18,136 nucleotides of DNA from Candidatus Fraserbacteria bacterium (GCA_037446135.1 JBBIJD010000035.1:1-18136); one strand, 5' to 3'; counted from the stretch's first letter, positions 5,967 through 15,451 are shown. Notes: a model not told the origin generated them from the sequence alone. Made by a program: numbers and translations.

Positions 5967-8801
5967 TTAGCCCTGAACGGGCTCAATCTTCCCCAGGGCC
6001 TGGAGGACCTTCTCCGGGGTGATGGGGAGGGACCTGATCCTCGCTCCCGTGGCGTGGAAGAGAGCGTTCGCGATCGCCGGTGCCGGGCCGTTGATCGCCA
6101 CCTCCCCGATCCCCTTGGCCCCGAAGGGCCCGCGGGGCTCGTAGCTCTCGAGCAGGACCGTCTCCAGTTCGAGCATCTCATCGGCTCTCAGCATATGGTA
6201 ATCGCGGAAGCTGGGGTTGAGCAGCCTTCCTTGCTCGTCGAACTCCATCCCCTCAGTCAAGGCGAAGCCGAGCCCCATCGCCACTGCCCCTTCGATCTGA
6301 CCTTCAGCCAGCTTGGGATTGACGGCCGTCCCGCAATCGACGACCGAGAGGAACCGCTTCACCTCGATCTTCCCCGTCTCGGTATCGACCTCGATCTCGG
6401 CGAACTGGGCGGCGAACGGGGGCGGACTGGCGGGGGAGCAGTGAGAGGCCGTGGCTTCGATCTGGAATTTCTCCTTATAGAACGCCTGGATCGCCACCTC
6501 GGCCAGGGGGATTTCCTTCCCCGAGCGGGAGATGATCTTTTTGGCCTCGCAGCGGAGGCTTTCGGGGGCTTCATTAAGCATCCGCCCCGCCACCTCCAGG
6601 AGCTGCTCCTTTACCATCTCCGCGGCCTTCTTCACCGCCCCGCCGGAGACATAGGTGGTGCTCGAGGCATAGGCCCCAGAGTCGAATGGGCAGAAGTCAG
6701 TGTCCCCAGCATAGACAATGATGTCCTCGACACCGACTCCCAGGGCCTCCGCGGCGATCTGGGCCAGGACGGTATCCGCCCCAGTCCCGATGTCCGCGGC
6801 CCCGATTAGCAGGTTGAACGAGCCGTCCTCATTGAGCTTGATTGTGGCCGAGGCCTTATCGATCCCGGCCACACCACTCCCCTGGGAGAGGGAGGCCATC
6901 CCCAGCCCCTTCTTGATCCTCGGGCTCCCCCTATTCCATTCCTCGAACTCTCGCCGCCGCTCCTTCCAGTGGATCAGCTCCGCGCCCTTGAGGATGCACC
7001 GCTCCAGGCCATTCCCCTGGATGACCCAGTCGTTCGCGGCCTCCGATTTGATCTCGTAGACCAGCGGCGAGAGCCGGTCGATGTCCCCCTCGCGGATGAT
7101 GTTCTTCAGCCGGAATTCGAGGGGGTCCATCCCTAGGGCATTTGCCAGCTCATCGATCTGGGACTCCAGGGCGAAGGCCCCCTGCGGGGTGCCATATCCG
7201 CGCATGGCCCCGCTGATCGGGAGGTTCGTGTAGACCGAAGTGAAGGCATACCTGATATTGGGGGAACGGTAGCGTGGGAGGTTCTTGTTCCCGGTATTGC
7301 TGGGGACGGTCGGGCTGTGAGAGCCGTAGGCCCCGGCATCGACGAGTGCCTCCATCTCGTTCGCCACAAGCCTCCCATCCCGCTTGACCCCGCTCTTCAT
7401 CCGGATGATCATCGGATGACGGGTCCTGGCGCTCCGGAAGTCCTCCTCCCGAGTCAGCTCGAGCCGGACTGGACGGCGGGTGGCGAGGGTGAGGGCCGCG
7501 CAGATATCTTCCAGGACCATCTCTTGTTTTCCGCCGAAGCCCCCGCCGATCCTGGGCTTAATAACTCGGATCTCCCTGACCGGGAGGCCGAGGACCTGAG
7601 CCAACTGTCGCCTAGTGTGGAAGGGGACCTGGGTGCTCGTCCGGACCACCAGCCGGTCCTGCTCGTCGAGATAGGTGATCGTGACATGGGGCTCGAGCTG
7701 GGCATGCTGGACCCTGTGGGTCCGATATTCGTTCTCCAGGACGAGGTCGGCCTCCTTGAAGCCCTTCTCCACATCCCCGACCATTACATCGACATGGGCG
7801 CAGATGTTCCTCTTCGGGTCGTAGATCCCCTTTGCCTCGGGCTCATCGTGGATCACCGGCGCGCCCGGGGCGAGGGCCTCTTCCGGGGAGAAGACCGCGG
7901 GGAGGGGCTCATACTCGACCTCGATCAGCTTGAGGGCCTTCTCTGCTAGCTCCAGCGATTCCGCGGCCACGGCCGCGACCCGGTCCCCGACATAGCGGAC
8001 CTTCTTATCCAAGATGAAGTAGTCATAGGGCGAGGGCTCGGGATAGTCCTGCCCGGCCCGGGTGTAGGCCACCCTGGGGACATCCTCATAGATCAGGACC
8101 GCATGGACCCCGGGGAGGGCCTCGGCCTTGCTCTTATCGATCCTCTTTATCCGGGCATGGGGATGGGGGCTCCAGAGGATCTTGGCATAGAGCATCCCCG
8201 GCAAGGAAAAGTCGTCGGTGAACATCGGCTTCCCAGTGACGAGCGGGAGGCCATCGACCCTGGGGATGCTCCTCCCGACGACCTTGAACTTCGCCTTAGC
8301 CTCGACCTCGACCGAAGGGTCCTCATAGGGCTCCCCGCGCATGATCTTGGCCGCGGCTAAGACGGCCCGGACCGGCTTCTCATAGCCGGTGCAGCGGCAG
8401 AGGACCCCTCGCAGTGCCTTCCTCACGGCCGCCTCATCCGGGAGCTTCGCGCCCTTCCAATTATCCAAGAAGGCCTTGGCCGTCAGGATCATCGCAGGGG
8501 TGCAGAAGCCGCATTGGACCGCGCCATGGGCCAGGAACTGCTCCTGCAAGGGGTGGAGCTTCCCATCCTGAGCTAGGCCCTCGATGGTGGTGACCTCCTT
8601 CCCTTCGGCCTTGGCTGCGGGGACCATGCAGGACTTGAGGGGCTTCCCATCAATGAGGACGATACAGCTCCCGCAGTCGCCGGTCCGGCAGCCGAGCTTC
8701 ACCCCGAAGTAGCCCTCCCGGCGGAGGACCTCGCTCAAGCGGTCCTTGGGCCCGACCTCGAAGACCTTCTCCTCACCGTTAACCTTCAGATGGAGCTCCA
8801 T
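5967..8801 (-). CDS. Molybdenum hydroxylase of the xanthine dehydrogenase family, with fused (2Fe-2S) and molybdopterin-binding domains (XdhD/aldehyde oxidoreductase-like architecture)
   Basis: 2Fe-2S motifs GCRTGDCGSC...C and QCGFC...CRCTGY; Moco motifs QHAQLEPH, GGGFGGKQ, AMRGYGTPQ, ASSTT and AKGIGE. SD AAGGAG at 8815..8810. Confidence 0.92.
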   Translation of the reverse strand: MELHLKVNGEEKVFEVGPKDRLSEVLRREGYFGVKLGCRTGDCGSCIVLIDGKPLKSCMVPAAKAEGKEVTTIEGLAQDGKLHPLQEQFLAHGAVQCGFCTPAMILTAKAFLDNWKGAKLPDEAAVRKALRGVLCRCTGYEKPVRAVLAAAKIMRGEPYEDPSVEVEAKAKFKVVGRSIPRVDGLPLVTGKPMFTDDFSLPGMLYAKILWSPHPHARIKRIDKSKAEALPGVHAVLIYEDVPRVAYTRAGQDYPEPSPYDYFILDKKVRYVGDRVAAVAAESLELAEKALKLIEVEYEPLPAVFSPEEALAPGAPVIHDEPEAKGIYDPKRNICAHVDVMVGDVEKGFKEADLVLENEYRTHRVQHAQLEPHVTITYLDEQDRLVVRTSTQVPFHTRRQLAQVLGLPVREIRVIKPRIGGGFGGKQEMVLEDICAALTLATRRPVRLELTREEDFRSARTRHPMIIRMKSGVKRDGRLVANEMEALVDAGAYGSHSPTVPSNTGNKNLPRYRSPNIRYAFTSVYTNLPISGAMRGYGTPQGAFALESQIDELANALGMDPLEFRLKNIIREGDIDRLSPLVYEIKSEAANDWVIQGNGLERCILKGAELIHWKERRREFEEWNRGSPRIKKGLGMASLSQGSGVAGIDKASATIKLNEDGSFNLLIGAADIGTGADTVLAQIAAEALGVGVEDIIVYAGDTDFCPFDSGAYASSTTYVSGGAVKKAAEMVKEQLLEVAGRMLNEAPESLRCEAKKIISRSGKEIPLAEVAIQAFYKEKFQIEATASHCSPASPPPFAAQFAEIEVDTETGKIEVKRFLSVVDCGTAVNPKLAEGQIEGAVAMGLGFALTEGMEFDEQGRLLNPSFRDYHMLRADEMLELETVLLESYEPRGPFGAKGIGEVAINGPAPAIANALFHATGARIRSLPITPEKVLQALGKIEPVQG

Positions 8802-8840
8802 TGGCCTCTCTCCTTTCCCTCGTTGTTCCGGTGTTTACCA

Positions 8841-8870
8841 ATGATACCCGGAGGCTGTTATGAATTTCTA
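8841..8870 (-). promoter_or_regulatory. Possible internal promoter for the molybdenum hydroxylase gene
   Basis: TAGAAA (8870..8865), 18-nt spacer, TATCAT (8846..8841) in a relatively AT-rich 71-nt intergenic gap. Confidence 0.3.
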
Positions 8871-8872
8871 GA

Positions 8873-9802
8873 CTATTCCTCCCCACGGACATAGGGCTCG
8901 CACAGCGCGGCCGGGGCGCTCATCCTCCTCTTGAGGGTCCCCCGGGCGACCAGCACCAAGACCAGGATCGCGAAGACATAGGGCATGGCCTTCAACAGCT
9001 CCGGTGAGGTCCAGGGCTGTAAGCGGTAAGAGAGATGGTAGAGCGCCCCGAAGAAGTAGGCCCCGACCAGCCCGAGGAGCGGATTCCAGAAGGCGAAGAT
9101 CGTGAGGGCAATCACGATCCAGCCCATCCCCGCGGTCATCCCCTCCGTCCAGGCCGGACGGTAGGCCACCGAGAGATAGCCTCCCCCGAGGCCGGCGAGG
9201 AGCCCTCCCAAAAGGACGCACAGATACCGAGTCCTGAAGACATTGACCCCCATCGCGTCCGCGGTGGCCGGGTCCTCCCCCACGGCCCGGATGCTGATCC
9301 CGATCCTCGTCTTATACAGGACGAACCAGAGCACCACGGCCAGGCCGGCCGCCAAATAGACCAGTCCGTTCTGCTCTACAAAGAGGCTCGGCCCTAGGCC
9401 GGGGATCCCGGAGAGATAGGGGACCGTGATCGTGGGGAGGGCGGCCTCGAGTGGCTTCCCTTCCCAGCCACGGCCGAGGACCCCTGCCAGGCCCAGTCCG
9501 AGCATCGTGAGCGCCAGGCCGGAGACGATCTGGTTGGCCCGCAGTGTGATGCTCACGAAGGCGTGGATCAAGGAGAAGCCCCCGCCGACGGCCGCGGCGA
9601 CGAGGAGCCCCAGCCAGGGGTCGCCGGTTGTATAGGCCGTGGCGAAGGCGGTAAATGCCCCCATGATCATCATCCCCTCGACCCCGAGGTTCAGGACCCC
9701 GGACCGCTCAGCATAGATCTCCCCGAGGGTCCCCAGAAGGAGGGGGGTCCCATAAGCCAAGGCTCGACTGATCGTCCCGATTAGCCAAGTCTCCCAGCCC
9801 AT
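8873..9802 (-). CDS. Nucleoside/purine ABC transporter permease 2 (BPD_transp_2, NupQ/NupC-like)
   Basis: Motifs ERSGVLNLGVEGMM, ANQIVSGLAL, IRAVGEDP..ADAMGVNV, GMTAGMGWIVIAL, MPYV and APAAL..PY.R; hydrophobic. Confidence 0.92.
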   Translation of the reverse strand: MGWETWLIGTISRALAYGTPLLLGTLGEIYAERSGVLNLGVEGMMIMGAFTAFATAYTTGDPWLGLLVAAAVGGGFSLIHAFVSITLRANQIVSGLALTMLGLGLAGVLGRGWEGKPLEAALPTITVPYLSGIPGLGPSLFVEQNGLVYLAAGLAVVLWFVLYKTRIGISIRAVGEDPATADAMGVNVFRTRYLCVLLGGLLAGLGGGYLSVAYRPAWTEGMTAGMGWIVIALTIFAFWNPLLGLVGAYFFGALYHLSYRLQPWTSPELLKAMPYVFAILVLVLVARGTLKRRMSAPAALCEPYVRGEE

Positions 9803-10878
9803 TCGCGCCTCCTGGATTTGAAGGAGAATCTATAGCGCATCAGGATCTCACCGCTGATCAAGAAGGCCAGGATCAGCCCGTTGAACATGTTGACCAACTG
9901 GAAGGGGAGCCCTAAGGAAGCCTTGATCACATCCCCTCCGGCCATGATGACCCCGAGCAAGAGGGCGGTCAGGATCACCGCTAGGGGATTCCGCCGCGCC
10001 AGCCAGGCGACGATGATCGCGGTATAGCCATATCCGAGGGAGATCTGCTCCGGCTGCCTCAGGAGATGGTGGACACCCCCGACCTCCCCGACCCCGGCCA
10101 GGCCGGCCAGGCCACCGGAGAGAGCCATGACGATCAGGACCGTCCTGGTATAGCTCATCCCGGCGAAGCGGGCGGCCTCGGGATTCTCGCCGATGACCCG
10201 GATCTCGAACCCCTGCTTAGTCCTGGCGATGAGGAGATAGACCCCGAGGGCGGCCAAGAGCCCCAGGATGAGGGTGAGCCAATGGATCCTTGTTCCGGGG
10301 ATCAAGGGGAGCCAGGCGGCCTTGGGGAAGAAGTCCGTATAGGCGAAGCCGCGCATCTGCGGCCCCTTCCACGGCCCATGGATGAGGTAGAGGACGAGAT
10401 ACATGGCGATATAGTTCATCATCAGGGTGGTGATCACATCGTTGATCCCCAATCTAGCCTTCAATAGCGCGGGGATGAGGGCCCAGATCGCACCGGCTAG
10501 GAAGCCCAAGACCAGCATCATCGGGATCAGCAGCGGCTCTGGGAGCTTGGAGAAGAGAGCCACCCAGGTCGCGGCTACTGCTCCGAGGAGGAGTTGGCCC
10601 TCCGCGCCGATATTCCAGAAGAGGGCCCGGAAGGCTAAGGCCAGGCCGACGCCACAGAGTAGGAGCGGGATGGCCCTCCTGACCGTCTCCGCCAGGCCGA
10701 GCTTGCTCCCTAAGGCCCCCTGGAGGATCAGCCGGTAAGCATGGAGCGGTGAAGCCCCATAGGCCCAGAAGAAGAGCCCGGCCACCACGAGCGCGGCCAG
10801 GATCGCCAAAGCGGAGGTGAGGAAGACGAGCCCTCCTGAAGGGGTCGGCCGCTTCTCGATCATCAAGAGCCTTCTCAT
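9781..10878 (-). CDS. Nucleoside/purine ABC transporter permease 1 (NupP/NupB-like)
   Basis: Motifs WNIGAEGQ, NDVITTLMMNYIA, GFEIRVIGENPEAARFAGM, SGGLAGLAG and GYGYTAIIVAWLAR; ATGA overlap with the ATPase stop. Confidence 0.92.
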   Translation of the reverse strand: MRRLLMIEKRPTPSGGLVFLTSALAILAALVVAGLFFWAYGASPLHAYRLILQGALGSKLGLAETVRRAIPLLLCGVGLALAFRALFWNIGAEGQLLLGAVAATWVALFSKLPEPLLIPMMLVLGFLAGAIWALIPALLKARLGINDVITTLMMNYIAMYLVLYLIHGPWKGPQMRGFAYTDFFPKAAWLPLIPGTRIHWLTLILGLLAALGVYLLIARTKQGFEIRVIGENPEAARFAGMSYTRTVLIVMALSGGLAGLAGVGEVGGVHHLLRQPEQISLGYGYTAIIVAWLARRNPLAVILTALLLGVIMAGGDVIKASLGLPFQLVNMFNGLILAFLISGEILMRYRFSFKSRRREWAGRLG

Positions 10879-12410
10879 CCTTCGCTCGACTCCTTCCGCG
10901 TCCGCGAGCCCGCCCCGGCCATCAAGAGGCCGAGCTCCTCTCGCGCGGCCTCCTCTGCCTCCATGAGCCCCATAGCCTGGCCGGCGAAGAGGACCAAGAT
11001 CCGGTCGGAGAGGCCCATGATCTCCTCTAAGTCCTCGGAGATGAGGAGGACCCCGGCCCCGAGCTCCCGCTGCTTCAGGAGGAGCCCCCGGATCTGCTCC
11101 GTGGCCCCGACATCGAGCCCATAGGTCGGATGGGCCGCGATGATCAGCCTCGGCGAGCCGGAGAGCTCCCGTGCGAGAATCAGCCGCTGGATGTTCCCCC
11201 CAGAGAGGAGCTTGGCTGGGCTGTTCGGGCTTGGGGTCATGATCTGATAGGCCGAGATCGCCTCCTTGGCATGGCTAATTATCGCCCGCTGATTGAGGAA
11301 GAGGCCCCTCGAGAAGGGCGGGAGACGATAGCCCTTGAGGACCAGGTTCTCCGCCACGCTCATCTCCGGGACGAGCCCCCGCCGGAGCCGCTCCTCCGGG
11401 ATGTGGGCCACCCCGGCGGCGGCGATCTCACTCGGTGAGCGGTTGGTCAGGTCCTTCCCGAAGAAGAGGACCCGGCCCGCGGTCGCCCTTCTCAAGCCGG
11501 TGAGGACCTCAACCAGCTCCTTCTGGCCGTTCCCCGCCACCCCGGCCACACCAAGGATCTCCCCCCCGAAGAGGTCGAAGGAGAGGCCACGGATCGCCGG
11601 GAGCCCACGATCGTTCAGTGCCCGAAGGTCACGGACCTCCAGGAGCTTCTCCCCCCGCTTTGTTGGCCCTTTGTCCAACCGGAAGACGACCTCCCTCCCG
11701 ACCATCAGTCGGGCTAGCATGGCTTTATCCGCCTCTCCAGTCGGGAGGGTGGCCACTACCTTCCCCTTCCGCAGCACGGTGACTCGATCGCTCACCTCCA
11801 GCACCTCATCGAGCTTGTGGGTGATGAAGATCACCGTCAGGCCGGCCTCGACGAGCGAGCGGAGGGTTGAGAAGAGCCGCTCGACCTCCTGTGGGGTGAG
11901 GACGCTGGTCGGCTCGTCCATGATCAGAATCCGGACCTGGCGATAGAGGGCCTTCAGGATCTCGACCCGCTGCTGCTCCCCAACGGAGAGCTCGAAGAGC
12001 TTCGCCTGGGGGTTGACCTCCAGCCCGTAATCGCGGGCGATCTCCCGGAGCTTCTCCCGGACCCGACGCAGGTTGGGGAAGGGGGAAAGCCCCCCTCTCA
12101 GCCCGAGGACCACATTCTCCTCGACGCTTAGGGTCGGGACAAGCCGGAAGTGCTGGTGGACCATCCCGATCCCCAGGGAGAGGGCCTCGGCTGGCGAGCG
12201 GACCCGGATCGCCCGCCCATCGAGGTAGATCTCGCCCTCATCCGGCTGATAAATCCCGTAGAGGATCCGCATCAGGGTCGTCTTCCCCGCGCCGTTCTCC
12301 CCGAGGAGGGCATGGATCTCCCCGGCCTTCGCGCTGAAATCCACGCCATCGTTGGCCACTACCCCGGGGAAGCGCTTGACGATCCCTCGCATCTCCAGCC
12401 GCTCGGCCAT
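10875..12410 (-). CDS. Nucleoside ABC transporter ATP-binding protein with tandem ABC domains (NupO/NupA-like)
   Basis: Walker A GENGAGKTT, GMVHQHF, LSVGEQQRVEI, DEPT and ITHKL; degenerate second domain GVAGNGQ with LSGGNIQR and SEDLEE. Confidence 0.95.
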   Translation of the reverse strand: MAERLEMRGIVKRFPGVVANDGVDFSAKAGEIHALLGENGAGKTTLMRILYGIYQPDEGEIYLDGRAIRVRSPAEALSLGIGMVHQHFRLVPTLSVEENVVLGLRGGLSPFPNLRRVREKLREIARDYGLEVNPQAKLFELSVGEQQRVEILKALYRQVRILIMDEPTSVLTPQEVERLFSTLRSLVEAGLTVIFITHKLDEVLEVSDRVTVLRKGKVVATLPTGEADKAMLARLMVGREVVFRLDKGPTKRGEKLLEVRDLRALNDRGLPAIRGLSFDLFGGEILGVAGVAGNGQKELVEVLTGLRRATAGRVLFFGKDLTNRSPSEIAAAGVAHIPEERLRRGLVPEMSVAENLVLKGYRLPPFSRGLFLNQRAIISHAKEAISAYQIMTPSPNSPAKLLSGGNIQRLILARELSGSPRLIIAAHPTYGLDVGATEQIRGLLLKQRELGAGVLLISEDLEEIMGLSDRILVLFAGQAMGLMEAEEAAREELGLLMAGAGSRTRKESSEG

Positions 12411-14210
12411 CTACGCCTCCAGGAATAACGGGACGAGTGAAAATGAGGCCACATCGATCAGCCCAAGGTCGCTCAGCCTTAGCTCAGGGATCACCCCGAG
12501 CGCGAGGAGCGAGAAGGTCATGAAGGCACTCCTCAGCTCACAGCCGCAGCTCCGCAGCCCTCGCTCTAGCCCCTCGATCTCCGCCGCCACGATCTCGGCC
12601 GGCCGATCCGCCATCAGTCCGGCGATCGGGAGGGGAACCTCGGCCAAGACCCTCCTATCCCGGACTAGGCAGATCCCGCCCCCCAGCTCGGCGAGTCGAT
12701 TCCCCGCTTGAGCCATCGCCTCCGGAGAGGTCCCCAAGATGAGAAGATTATGGCTGTCATGGGCTACCGTGCTCGCTAGGGCGCAGTTCTCCTTCAATCC
12801 GAAACCCTTGACGAAGCCCAGGCCGATCCGCCCGCTCCTATGATGGCGCTCCACAACCGCAAGAAGCGCGAGATCTCGACTAGGATCGGGATGGACCGAG
12901 CCATCCTTCACGGGGAGGTCGAGGGCGATCGCTCGGTTCTGGGCCTGGTTCTCGAGGACCTCGATCGTCCTGGCTTTGATAGTGCCTCTCCGGCCCGGGG
13001 CCCGGACCAGGAAGTCCGTTGGGACGAGAGGGCGCTTGAGCCGGACCGTGGCCCTCACCTCCCCGGGGTAGGGGAAAGAGGGGATCTCCTTGACCAGGCG
13101 GCCTCTCTCGGCCACGACCTCCCCGGCGGCGAGCACGAACTCGATCTCAAGCCTGGAAAGGTCTCGGACTACGAGGATATCGGCATAGCGGCCCGGGGCG
13201 AGCAGGCCCACATCCCTCGCCACGCCGAACCGCTCCGCCGTATTTAAGGTCGCCATCCGCAGGGCCACAAGCGGCGAGACCCCTCGAGAGATGGCTAGTC
13301 GGATGACCTCATCCATATGGCCTTGAGAGAGGATCGTCCCGGCATGGCGATCATCCGTGCAGAGGAGGAGGCGACGCGGCTCGAGGCCCATCTCTGTGAC
13401 AGCCCGGAGCTGGGGGATGAGGTCCTGCCAGGCCGAGCCCTGCCTGAGGATGGCGAACATCCCCTGGCGGATGCGGGCGAGCGCGTCCTCAGGCCGAGTC
13501 CCCTCATGGCAGTCCTCCACCCCGCTGGCGGCGTAGGCATGGAAGATCGGGCCTAAATCAGGCGAGGCATAGTGGCCTCCAACGGCCTTCCCCAGCCGGA
13601 GTGCCGCCGCAATCTCGGCGTGGACCTTCTCATCCCCAGAGGCGACGCCGGGGTAGTTCATCACCTCGCCGAGGCCGATCACCCCCGGCCAAGTCAGCGC
13701 TTCGGCCACCTCCTCCGGGCCGAGCTTCGCCCCGGAGGTCTCTAAGCCCGGTGCGGCCGGGACACAGGAGGGGACCTGGAGATAGATCTGCAGCGGGGTC
13801 CTGGCCGCCTCTTCCAGCATTAGCTTCACTCCGGCCAGGCCGAGGACATTGGCGATCTCGTGGGGATCGATGAACGCCCCGGTCGTCCCATGCGGGAGGA
13901 CGGCCTTGGCGAACTCCGTGAGGGTGAGCATCGAGCTCTCGATGTGAACATGGGCATCGAGCAGGCCAGGGAGGAGGTAGCGCCCTTTGGCTTCGATCAC
14001 CTTTGTCTTCGGGCCGATCATCCTCGAAGTATCGGGGCCGCAATAGGCGATCCGGCTCCCCAGGACCGCGATGTCGGTGTGCTCGATGATCTCCCCGGAG
14101 GAGAGGTTCACCCAACGCCCATCGCGGATGACCAGGTCGGCAGGCCATCGCCCCATGGCTACGGCCACGAGCTCCCTTGCCATCTCATAAAGCGGCCTCC
14201 GCGGGGGCAT
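12411..14210 (-). CDS. ade: Adenine deaminase (Ade/AdeC family amidohydrolase)
   Basis: Motifs DAHVHIESS, DPHEIANV, GEVMNYPGV, DCHE, CTDDRH, MATLN.A, VAHDSHN, LPIAGLM and IPELRLSD.GL. Start uncertain (14243, 14210 or 14183); 14243 lies inside a strong hairpin. Confidence 0.93.
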   Translation of the reverse strand: MPPRRPLYEMARELVAVAMGRWPADLVIRDGRWVNLSSGEIIEHTDIAVLGSRIAYCGPDTSRMIGPKTKVIEAKGRYLLPGLLDAHVHIESSMLTLTEFAKAVLPHGTTGAFIDPHEIANVLGLAGVKLMLEEAARTPLQIYLQVPSCVPAAPGLETSGAKLGPEEVAEALTWPGVIGLGEVMNYPGVASGDEKVHAEIAAALRLGKAVGGHYASPDLGPIFHAYAASGVEDCHEGTRPEDALARIRQGMFAILRQGSAWQDLIPQLRAVTEMGLEPRRLLLCTDDRHAGTILSQGHMDEVIRLAISRGVSPLVALRMATLNTAERFGVARDVGLLAPGRYADILVVRDLSRLEIEFVLAAGEVVAERGRLVKEIPSFPYPGEVRATVRLKRPLVPTDFLVRAPGRRGTIKARTIEVLENQAQNRAIALDLPVKDGSVHPDPSRDLALLAVVERHHRSGRIGLGFVKGFGLKENCALASTVAHDSHNLLILGTSPEAMAQAGNRLAELGGGICLVRDRRVLAEVPLPIAGLMADRPAEIVAAEIEGLERGLRSCGCELRSAFMTFSLLALGVIPELRLSDLGLIDVASFSLVPLFLEA

Positions 14211-14226
14211 CTCGGCCAAACTGGGG

Positions 14227-14265
14227 AGGGGCGGCTGCCCCATTCCATTGGGGGCAGCCGCCCCT
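14227..14265. repeat. Perfect 15-bp inverted repeat (hairpin) between the binding-protein gene and ade
   Basis: AGGGGCGGCTGCCCC (14227-14241), 9-nt loop, GGGGCAGCCGCCCCT (14251-14265); 19 nt downstream of the BMP stop; no long U-tract on the minus strand. Confidence 0.9.
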
Positions 14266-14284
14266 GCTTGTCTTTCCCTTAAGG

Positions 14285-15451
14285 TTAAGGCTCACCCGGC
14301 CAAGGGCCGACCACGCCCTCGACTGCCCACTCCATCGTGATCAAGGAATCGACAGTGAGCAAGTAGCCCGGCGGAACGCGGAGGTTCCCCTTCCGATCAT
14401 AGATCGGGCCGGTGAAGGGGTCGAAGGTCACCCCCGGGGTCCCCATCTGCCGGAGCCGCTTCAATACCAGGTCGTAGACGGAGATCTCCCCGACCTTGGC
14501 CTCCTTGAGGGCCGCCTCGAACTTGGGGTTGATGACCATCCCGGGCTTGGCCCCGATCTCCACTGCTCCCTGGGAGAGGAGCCACCAGTAGTCGATATCC
14601 GCCAGGTTGGTCGTGGTATAGACCCCCTCATAGACCTTGCGGAGGAAGTCGAGATAGATCGCTTCCCAGTGGACGATCTGCCCGGAGACCACATAGTCCG
14701 GGGCGAAATCATACATCGGGGAGTAGTGGCCGAAGCTGGGGAGGCCGTTCTGAGCCGCGACTTGAACGACGGTGGGGGAGTCCTCGGTGAAGGCGAAGAC
14801 ATCGGCACCGTCCTTGATCAGAGCCTCGGCTGCCTCCTTGGCCGCCGCGGGGTTATACCACTCGAAGATCCAGCGGACATGGACCTCGGCCTTGGGGTTC
14901 ACTTCCCGCACGCCGATAGTGAAGGCGTTGATGTGGCGCTTCACCTCAGGGATGGGGAAGGCCCCGACATACCCGACCTTCCCGCTCTTGGTGAGGGCTC
15001 CGGCCATCAGGCCGTTGAGGTAGTAGATCTGATAAAAGTCGGCCATATAAGTGGCCATATTGGGGGCCCGCTTGAATCCCGAGCAGTGGGCGAAGATCTT
15101 GTCCGGATAGCGTTGAGCCGCGGCGAGCGTCCCGTCCATGAACCCGAAGCTGGTGGTGAAGACCACATCTACCTTCTCCTGCTGGATCAGCCGGTCGATG
15201 TAGGTCCCGACCTCGGCCTCGGGGACGGATTCGACATAGACGGTCTCGAGCCAGGGGAAGGTCTCCTCTGCGATCAGTCTCCCAAGGTTATGGGCATGGG
15301 TCCAGCCATAGTCCCCGATCGGGCCGACATAGATGAACCCGGCCTTCAAGGTCCTCTCGGCCGCAGAGACCGAGCCGGTCAGCATGGACATGAGGCCGAG
15401 GCCGCCGACTAAGAGGAGCACCAACAAAACTCTAATCCAGATCCCTTTCAT
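14285..15451 (-). CDS. BMP/PnrA-family ABC substrate-binding protein (purine/nucleoside)
   Basis: Signal peptide; motifs GFIYVGPIGDYGWTHAH, FTTSFGFMD, YLNGLMAG, GYVGAFPIPEVKRHINAF..G and W...WYNP; SD AAGGAGGG at 15463..15456. Confidence 0.93.
   Translation of the reverse strand: MKGIWIRVLLVLLLVGGLGLMSMLTGSVSAAERTLKAGFIYVGPIGDYGWTHAHNLGRLIAEETFPWLETVYVESVPEAEVGTYIDRLIQQEKVDVVFTTSFGFMDGTLAAAQRYPDKIFAHCSGFKRAPNMATYMADFYQIYYLNGLMAGALTKSGKVGYVGAFPIPEVKRHINAFTIGVREVNPKAEVHVRWIFEWYNPAAAKEAAEALIKDGADVFAFTEDSPTVVQVAAQNGLPSFGHYSPMYDFAPDYVVSGQIVHWEAIYLDFLRKVYEGVYTTTNLADIDYWWLLSQGAVEIGAKPGMVINPKFEAALKEAKVGEISVYDLVLKRLRQMGTPGVTFDPFTGPIYDRKGNLRVPPGYLLTVDSLITMEWAVEGVVGPWPGEP

Noticed and set aside
14227..14265. 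Hairpin as a classical intrinsic terminator or mobile-element end
   Set aside because: No proper U-tract on the coding strand, the operon continues downstream, and there is no transposase or second copy in the window.
14177..15412. 411-aa plus-strand ORF, and similar long antisense ORFs (817..1536, 1687..2313, 6054..6809, 7317..7949, 11335..11946, 17279..18055)
   Set aside because: Antisense shadows of well-supported genes in GC-rich DNA; no recognisable motifs.
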